Shown here: piece by piece, positions 7,058 through 12,383 of the stretch
How positions within the stretch are numbered: position 1 is the stretch's first letter
How the letters are laid out: every line of letters starts with the position of its first letter
NCBI GenBank assembly: GCA_002436485.1
Contig: DJMK01000037.1
Span: 350-12,732 of the forward strand
Source: Proteobacteria bacterium UBA6492
GTDB taxonomy: Bacteria > Pseudomonadota > Gammaproteobacteria > UBA6429 > Thiohalophilaceae
Reading direction: 5' to 3'
Length of the DNA stretch: 12,383 nucleotides
The notes under the pieces: generated by a model
What the model saw: the letters and a program-made list of their open reading frames with translations, nothing else
What the model was told of the DNA's origin: nothing
Databases searched by the model: none
Program-made: the position numbers and the translations under genes

Positions 7058-8815
7058 TTACATGGAGTCAGGTGCAGAGACATCAAGTAACCCAAGGCCG
7101 TTGGCGATCACCTGTTTAACTGCATGGATCAGGCAAATACGTGCATTGCGTAGCGTGTCATCCTCAACAATAAACTGGTGTGCGTTGTAGTAGGTGTGAA
7201 AATCATTTGCCAGCTCGCGCAGGTAATGCACGACTTGATGTGGTTCATGTTGCGTGGCGGCAGATTCAATGATCTCCGGATAGCGTGATAACCTGGTTAA
7301 AATAGCAGATTCGTGGCTTTCAGTTAGCTTGTCCAGGTTTTGTAGCCCGAGCGACTCGTCGAAAGCATGGCCCTTGTCGGCAAGCTGTCGCGCCACGCTG
7401 CATACCCGTGCATGTGCATACTGGATGTAATACATCGGGTTATCGTTAGACTGTGATTTAGCCAGGTCCAGGTCAAAATCCAGGTGTTGCTCACATTTGC
7501 GCATGACGTAGAAGAAACGTGCAGCATCGGAGCCGACTTCCTTGCGTAGCTGGCGTAACGTTACGAAATCACCAGAACGGGTCGACATTTGAACTTTTTC
7601 GCCACCGCGGTACAACACCGCGAACTGAACCAGTAACACGTCCAGTTTGGATGCATCATCGCCGAGTGCTTCCAGCGCTGCCTTGACGCGCGGCACATAA
7701 CCATGATGGTCTGCACCCCAGATATCAATGACACGATCGAAACCACGTTCCAGCTTGTCCATGTGATAGGCAATATCCGAGGCAAAATAGGTAGTGACAC
7801 CGTTATCACGCACCAGTACGCGATCTTTCTCATCACCAAAATCTGATGACTTGAACCAGATAGCACCGGCTTTTTCATATGTGTGACCACTGCTTTGCAG
7901 GCGCTCCAGGGTGCGCATCACTGCACCGTTGTCAGTCAGGGTACGTTCTGAATACCATTCATCATAAACGACACCAAAGTTTTGTAGGTCATCGCGAATA
8001 TCATCCAGGATATAGTTAAGGCCCATGTCAAAAACCAGGCGGTATTGATCGGGGCGCAGCAGGTTTTGCATTTTTTCGATCACGGCATCGATGTATTCTT
8101 CCTTGTCACCGTCCGGTGCATCTGCAGGTAAAGCATGGTTGATCTCATCCCAACTATGGCGCATGTGCTCTTCGTTCTCGCGGTGTAACGTGGCCGCGAT
8201 GTCCCACACGTAGTCACCCTTGTAGCCATTGACCGGAAACGGTAATTCCTCACCACACAATTCCAGATAACGTAACCAGACACTGGCTGCGAGAATGTTC
8301 ATCTGGCGCCCGGCATCATTAACGTAATACTCACGGTGCACGTTATAGCCAATGGCATTCAGCAGGTTGGCAACCACTGCACCATAGGCAGCGCCTCGGC
8401 CATGGCCAACATGCAACGGGCCGGTCGGGTTAGCTGAGACAAACTCTACCTGGACGCGTTTGCCTGCACCAATATCGCTTTGCCCGAACTTGGCACCGGC
8501 TTTTAATACAGTAGGCACGATACTGAACTGTGCCTGCTGATTGATGTAAAAGTTGATGAAGCCAGGACCGGCGATCTCTACCTTCTCGATCAGATCCGAT
8601 GCAGGAAGTTGTGCGATGATCGACTCGGCGATATCGCGTGGTTTTTTTCTTGCCGGCTTGGCCAGTGTCATGGCCAGGTTGGTAGCGAAATCGCCATGTT
8701 TGGTGTCACGGGCACGATCAACCTGGATCGCGGGTTCGATATCCGCAGGCAGGCTGCCATCGGACTGGCACTTGCTGATAGCTTGAGACAATAATTTGGC
8801 GATTTCTGCTTTCAT
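7058..8815 (-). CDS. argS: Arginine--tRNA ligase (arginyl-tRNA synthetase)
   Basis: The product has the N-terminal Arg-tRNA-synthetase add-on domain ([19 protein letters not shown]), a class I HIGH motif ([18 protein letters not shown]), a KMSK-like QMSTRSG, and the DALR anticodon-binding C-terminus. It is 585 aa. Confidence 0.94.
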   Translation of the reverse strand: MKAEIAKLLSQAISKCQSDGSLPADIEPAIQVDRARDTKHGDFATNLAMTLAKPARKKPRDIAESIIAQLPASDLIEKVEIAGPGFINFYINQQAQFSIVPTVLKAGAKFGQSDIGAGKRVQVEFVSANPTGPLHVGHGRGAAYGAVVANLLNAIGYNVHREYYVNDAGRQMNILAASVWLRYLELCGEELPFPVNGYKGDYVWDIAATLHRENEEHMRHSWDEINHALPADAPDGDKEEYIDAVIEKMQNLLRPDQYRLVFDMGLNYILDDIRDDLQNFGVVYDEWYSERTLTDNGAVMRTLERLQSSGHTYEKAGAIWFKSSDFGDEKDRVLVRDNGVTTYFASDIAYHMDKLERGFDRVIDIWGADHHGYVPRVKAALEALGDDASKLDVLLVQFAVLYRGGEKVQMSTRSGDFVTLRQLRKEVGSDAARFFYVMRKCEQHLDFDLDLAKSQSNDNPMYYIQYAHARVCSVARQLADKGHAFDESLGLQNLDKLTESHESAILTRLSRYPEIIESAATQHEPHQVVHYLRELANDFHTYYNAHQFIVEDDTLRNARICLIHAVKQVIANGLGLLDVSAPDSM

Positions 8816-8846
8816 ACCAGGAAATTCAGGGTGTTAAAGGCTGCGT

Positions 8847-8875
8847 ATTATCCGTGTTGCTGGATTGCTCGACAA
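8847..8875 (-). promoter_or_regulatory. Candidate sigma70 promoter for argS (minus strand: -35 TTGTCG, 17-bp spacer, -10 GATAAT)
   Basis: The plus-strand CGACAA at 8870-8875 and ATTATC at 8847-8852 are separated by 17 bp. They sit between the upstream terminator hairpin and the argS ATG at 8815. Confidence 0.4.
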
Positions 8876-8884
8876 GCAGATCAT

Positions 8885-8914
8885 AAAAAAAACAGCCCCA
8901 AAATGGGGCTGTTT
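8885..8914 (-). terminator. Rho-independent terminator of the flotillin-like gene (possibly bidirectional)
   Basis: The stem CAGCCCC (8893-8899) / GGGGCTG (8905-8911) closes an AAAAT loop. An A8 run at 8885-8892 is a U-tract for the minus-strand transcript. The hairpin lies 25 nt after the stop at 8939-8941. Confidence 0.78.
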
Positions 8915-8938
8915 GCCTGGTTAGCATTTGAAAAGTGA

Positions 8939-10615
8939 TTATTTATTCGAAGAAGGCTTTTGCAGACCTTTCATGGTTTCAATCAGGTTGGAAGCACCCA
9001 GCACTGCCGCAGCACCTTCATAGCCAGTGCCCGTCCCATTCACCAGCACGGTTGGTATCTTCACGATAGCCGGGTTTTTGACGGCGGCATCCAGGGCTTT
9101 TTCCAGTGCCTGTAACTGCATGGCGCGTTCTTTGCCGAGTACGTTGGCCTGTGCCTGCTGGCCCTTGGCAATCTCTACCAGCTTGAGCTTTTCACCTTCA
9201 CCGATCAATTTCAGTTGCTCTTTTTTATGAATGGCAGCCTGCTTGGCAATCTCGGCTTTTACCAGGGTTGACTGCTGATCAGCCGTCGCGCGTTCCCGTT
9301 CCACGGTAATACGCTGCTTCTGTGCGGCCTGCTCTTTTATATATGTCTGCTTGAGCTGGCTGGCCAGGTTTTCCCGCTGCGCTGCTACCAGTAGTTCGGG
9401 TGGTATGTATGGCTCACCCAGTCGGACTTCCTTGATGGTCACGCCGACCTTCTGGCCTTCCGGTGCTACGGCCTGTTCTACCAGCTTGACGATTTCATCA
9501 CGCTTGTTCATGAAATCGAGCACCTTGCGATCATCGTGGCCACCAATGGTGCGCAGAATATCGCGTATTGCCGGGGTAATGATTTTGTCTTCCACCGCAT
9601 TCAAATCGCCAACGGTCGCAACCACTATAGGTGCCATTTCCGGTTGAACCTGCACAATCACGCGCAGCTCGACTGGTACGTTCCAGCCTTCAACCCGCAC
9701 GTTAATCGCAGCGTCCGCCGCGTTTTTGGGTACAGGTATGGTTTCGCTGCTTTCAGTTTGCTGAATTTTGCCATTGTCTCCAACGCGTAAATCCACCTGA
9801 CGTTTTTGGTAACCACCTTTATATGTCCAGGTCTGCACACGGGTTGGAATGATCTTCGCCTCATAGGCCTCCTTGTTTAGATAGTAAGCCTGAGGTAACA
9901 AGGGTTCTTTCTGAACGCCCTTGCAGCCTTTCGGTACAACCACCGCGGTGGCCTGTTCATTTACACTGACATTGCTCACCTTGTACTCGGGGCAGTCCTT
10001 GCGTTCCTGTACTTTTGACCTGATAACAGCAACATGGCCTGTTGGCACATCCAGTGCATTGGCAATTTTTACCCGGTACAGGTAACTGTTAATACGATAC
10101 TTACCCGGGCGCAAAACGGTAAGCTGTGGTCCTTTCTGTCCATTACCCTCGGTAAGGAAATGTTTCGCATTTAGCATTTCCTGAATCTTGTCTTCGGGCC
10201 ACGGGTCCGCAATGAACTGGTCTTCACGCAGTGGCAAACCGTCTTCGGTTTTAATCAGTCCGTACTTCCCCTCGGGAATGTTAATGACGGGTTTATGTTC
10301 CACGTCGTACAGGATCTGCACCAGCGGAATAAAGTGAAAGCCAGGGCCAAGAATGTCTGCCTGAGGACCCTTTTGACCATCAGCTGCAATAATTTTACCG
10401 GGTGGTAAATCGGCAGCGAGGTATATGCGCTTCAGGTGGCCGACTTCATCGGAGTCAACAATCACAAACGAGCGTGATATCAGACCAAACACACCGAGTA
10501 GAAACAGTACCGCCTGAATGCCGCGTGTCATCAGCACCGGCTTGCCTTCGATAGGTTTGCGAAACATCGAAATGGCCGCAATGATCAGTACGATTGAAAT
10601 CAGTCCTAGCAACAT
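8939..10615 (-). CDS. Flotillin-like SPFH/band-7 family membrane protein (558 aa) with atypical N-terminal half
   Basis: A strong SD (AAGGAAGGGG) precedes the ATG at 10613-10615. The product has two N-terminal hydrophobic segments. It has an SPFH-like start (VIVDSDEVGH...LGPGFHFIPL). A conserved SPFH second half and helical region follow (IRDILRTIGGHDDRKVLDFMNKRDEIVKLVEQAV...IKEVRLGEPYIPPELLVAAQRENLASQL). It then has an A/E/Q/K-rich coiled coil and a flotillin-type C-terminus (AIVKIPTVLVNGTGTG). A ~200-aa atypical segment contains the internal repeat GQKGPQ-x3-L-x-PG (residues 79-105 and 158-184). Confidence 0.8.
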   Translation of the reverse strand: MLLGLISIVLIIAAISMFRKPIEGKPVLMTRGIQAVLFLLGVFGLISRSFVIVDSDEVGHLKRIYLAADLPPGKIIAADGQKGPQADILGPGFHFIPLVQILYDVEHKPVINIPEGKYGLIKTEDGLPLREDQFIADPWPEDKIQEMLNAKHFLTEGNGQKGPQLTVLRPGKYRINSYLYRVKIANALDVPTGHVAVIRSKVQERKDCPEYKVSNVSVNEQATAVVVPKGCKGVQKEPLLPQAYYLNKEAYEAKIIPTRVQTWTYKGGYQKRQVDLRVGDNGKIQQTESSETIPVPKNAADAAINVRVEGWNVPVELRVIVQVQPEMAPIVVATVGDLNAVEDKIITPAIRDILRTIGGHDDRKVLDFMNKRDEIVKLVEQAVAPEGQKVGVTIKEVRLGEPYIPPELLVAAQRENLASQLKQTYIKEQAAQKQRITVERERATADQQSTLVKAEIAKQAAIHKKEQLKLIGEGEKLKLVEIAKGQQAQANVLGKERAMQLQALEKALDAAVKNPAIVKIPTVLVNGTGTGYEGAAAVLGASNLIETMKGLQKPSSNK

Positions 10616-10685
10616 GGTTTTTCCCCTTCCTTATATTAGGAACAAGCAATGCCCTGGTGGGCAGATAGTTATTTAAACGTGTCTG

Positions 10686-10703
10686 TTAACCCTGTCGGGT
10701 TAA
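10686..10703. promoter_or_regulatory. Perfect inverted repeat TTAACCC-TGTC-GGGTTAA in the priA/flotillin intergenic region (candidate operator or weak priA terminator)
   Basis: The 7-bp arms flank a 4-bp spacer, ~70-90 bp upstream of the flotillin ATG within a 142-bp AT-rich intergenic region. No U-tract follows on the minus strand, so a terminator role is doubtful. Confidence 0.35.
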
Positions 10704-10757
10704 GTGAGTATTTATTTACCTTATTATAATTATTGTAATTCGCGATTTTCTTTCTTA

Positions 10758-12383
10758 TTAATAGGTATCCAATGGATCCACATCCAGTGACCAGCGTACC
10801 TTTTGTCCGCTCTTCAGGCTTTCGATTTCAGGTAATACGGCATGCAGGATTGATTGTAAACCGGTGCGTTGTGGTGCCTGTACGATAAGTTGTGTGCGAT
10901 AACGTCCGGCACGTTTTTCCATCGGCGCTGGCATTGGGCCAAAAAGCGCCAGACTGCTGTTCGCATGGTTAGCCAGGATTTCCCTGATGGTTGCGAGAAA
11001 TGCGAGGGGTGCTTCACGGCCGGGTGCCTCAGCGCGAAACAGGGCCATGGCGGTAAAGGGCGGTAGACCTGCCTGTTTACGCTCGGTCAGCACCTCCTCG
11101 GCAAAAGCGCCATAGCCTTGTTGGATGAGGCTCTGCAGCAGCGGGTGGTCCGGGTGGTGAGTTTGAATGTAAACCTCGCCAGGTTGCTCGGCGCGGCCAG
11201 CCCGCCCTGCTACTTGCAGGATGAGTTGCGCCATGCGTTCTGGGGCACGAAATTCTGCACTGTGCAGTCCCTGGTCGGCATCGATGATGCCAACCATGGT
11301 GACGCGCGGGAAATGGTGACCCTTGGCCAGCATCTGGGTCCCCAGCAAGATCTGTCTTTGTCCGTTTTTTACCCGCTCTAGCAGTGAATGCAGGCTACCC
11401 TTGCGCCGTGTGGTATCCCGATCAATGCGTATAATTTCTACATTAGTAAACTTTTCTTGCAGTGCCACCTCAATACGCTCGGTGCCGGCTCCCACGGTAA
11501 GTAATTCGCTACTCTGACACTGTGGACAACTTTTTTCACTGGCACGCTCTGCACCACAGTGATGGCAGCGTAAACGCCGCTCATTGTGGTGGTACGTCAT
11601 GTTACTGTCGCAGCGCTGACAATGTGCAACCCAGCCACACTCATGGCACATCATGGCAGGGGCAAAGCCGCGCCTGTTTAAAAACAACAATACCTGGTTG
11701 TTGTTGTCGAGATGTTGTTGTGCAATTTGTAATAACCGATCTGTCAAACCCTCGTGCATTGGTTGACTGCGCATATCCAGCAGATGGAGTTTCGGTGGCG
11801 AGGCTTCGCCTGCGCGTTGTGGCATTTCAATCCGAGTAAAACGTCCTTGCTGCACGTTATATAAACTTTCAACTGATGGTGTTGCTGAACCCAGCACAAC
11901 CGGAATCCGGTTATGCTTTGCACGCCAGATGGCCAGGTCTCGTGCAGAATAACGAAAGCCTTCATGTTGTTTGAATGAAGCATCGTGTTCTTCATCGATT
12001 ACGATCAGCCCAGGGTTTTTCATCGGTGTAAAGATGGCAGATCGGGTACCCAGGATTACGGGAGCAAGGCCATCCCTTGCGGCAAGCCAGGCATGTAATC
12101 GCTCGGTATCGTTCAAGCCGGAATGTAACACCGACACAGGACAACCCAGTCGTTTTTGGAAACGCTGAATCATTTGTGGTGTCAGGCCAATTTCGGGTAC
12201 CAGTACCAGCGCCTGTTTACCCTCATCGATGATCTTTCGAATCAGTTGCAGGTAAACTTCGGTTTTGCCTGAACCGGTTACGCCATCAAGCAAGAATGCA
12301 TGAAAGTCATTTCGTGCTGTTATTATAGTGTCGAACGCGGCTTGCTGTGCCGCGTTGAGTGTCGGTCCAGCCACGGTTGCGTG
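10758..12383 (-). CDS. priA: Primosomal protein N' (PriA replication-restart helicase), C-terminal ~541 codons; N-terminus outside the window
   Basis: The product has Walker A GVTGSGKTEVYL, a DEEH box (VIDEEHD), a Cys-rich zinc-binding region (CHECGW...CQRC...CHHCG...CPQC), helicase motif VI QVAGRAGR, and a C-terminal domain. It is collinear with E. coli PriA from about residue 195. The frame remains open to the window edge at 12383; the 'start' at 12374 is an internal GTG. Confidence 0.94.
   Translation of the reverse strand, partial: HATVAGPTLNAAQQAAFDTIITARNDFHAFLLDGVTGSGKTEVYLQLIRKIIDEGKQALVLVPEIGLTPQMIQRFQKRLGCPVSVLHSGLNDTERLHAWLAARDGLAPVILGTRSAIFTPMKNPGLIVIDEEHDASFKQHEGFRYSARDLAIWRAKHNRIPVVLGSATPSVESLYNVQQGRFTRIEMPQRAGEASPPKLHLLDMRSQPMHEGLTDRLLQIAQQHLDNNNQVLLFLNRRGFAPAMMCHECGWVAHCQRCDSNMTYHHNERRLRCHHCGAERASEKSCPQCQSSELLTVGAGTERIEVALQEKFTNVEIIRIDRDTTRRKGSLHSLLERVKNGQRQILLGTQMLAKGHHFPRVTMVGIIDADQGLHSAEFRAPERMAQLILQVAGRAGRAEQPGEVYIQTHHPDHPLLQSLIQQGYGAFAEEVLTERKQAGLPPFTAMALFRAEAPGREAPLAFLATIREILANHANSSLALFGPMPAPMEKRAGRYRTQLIVQAPQRTGLQSILHAVLPEIESLKSGQKVRWSLDVDPLDTY

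Noticed and set aside
7324-8794. Antisense ORFs within argS (7324..7527 -, 7561..7890 -, 8080..8283 -, 8553..8786 +, 8609..8794 +)
   Set aside because: They lie inside a gene with unmistakable class I aaRS motifs and have no independent translation signals.
9027-10649. Antisense or overlapping ORFs on the flotillin gene (9027..9230 +, 9351..9647 +, 9536..9790 +, 9658..9864 -, 10455..10649 -)
   Set aside because: These are shadow ORFs. The 10455..10649 ORF runs through the flotillin RBS and start without an SD of its own.
10814-12168. Multiple small ORFs antisense to priA
   Set aside because: PriA motifs are continuous and in frame across the region. These are typical His/Cys/Trp-rich antisense artefacts of a zinc-finger-coding region.
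12372-12374. GTG 'start' of the priA ORF at 12374
   Set aside because: The frame stays open upstream to the window edge (H-A-T codons at 12375-12383). The aligned position corresponds to about residue 195 of E. coli PriA, so the gene is 5'-truncated by the window rather than starting here.
1-12383. CRISPR arrays, IS elements, integrases, tRNA/rRNA genes, toxin-antitoxin or defence-island signatures
   Set aside because: I found no direct-repeat/spacer periodicity, no transposase or integrase-like ORFs, no terminal inverted repeats flanking any gene, and no tRNA-like cloverleaf candidates. GC content looked uniform by eye across the window.

Overview
This window is a chromosomal, mostly housekeeping segment. 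The protein families suggest a gammaproteobacterium, at roughly 50% GC. It is densely coded on both strands and shows no mobile elements, CRISPR arrays or rRNA/tRNA genes. The genes in order are: the 3' end of an Amt-family ammonium transporter with a clean UUCG-tetraloop terminator; a small two-motif CDGSH iron-sulfur protein on the minus strand, divergent from a FetA/FetB-like (YbbL/YbbM) two-gene ABC iron-export pair; spermidine synthase speE on the minus strand, tail-to-tail with fetB at a 2-bp gap and divergent from speA; biosynthetic arginine decarboxylase speA, translationally coupled to a 91-aa cupin; a YugP-like membrane zinc metallopeptidase on the minus strand, tail-to-tail with the cupin at a 4-bp gap; an FtsN-like SPOR-domain protein on the minus strand; arginyl-tRNA synthetase argS on the minus strand; a 558-aa flotillin/SPFH membrane protein on the minus strand; and the C-terminal ~540 codons of primosomal helicase PriA on the minus strand, running off the window edge. 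I could not identify an unambiguous new multi-gene system from sequence alone. The most unusual locus is the flotillin-like gene. It sits inside an otherwise conserved priA-argS-ftsN neighbourhood, with its own AT-rich promoter region, a perfect 18-bp palindrome and its own terminator. It carries an ancient internal sequence repeat and a ~200-residue segment that does not look like a canonical SPFH core. Secondary points are the replacement of speB by a cupin downstream of speA, the CDGSH/fetAB divergent pair, two convergent gene pairs with essentially no 3' intergenic space, and recurring GGGTTAA-containing palindromes upstream of two minus-strand genes. All functional assignments are from motif and family recognition by eye; no database search was run.
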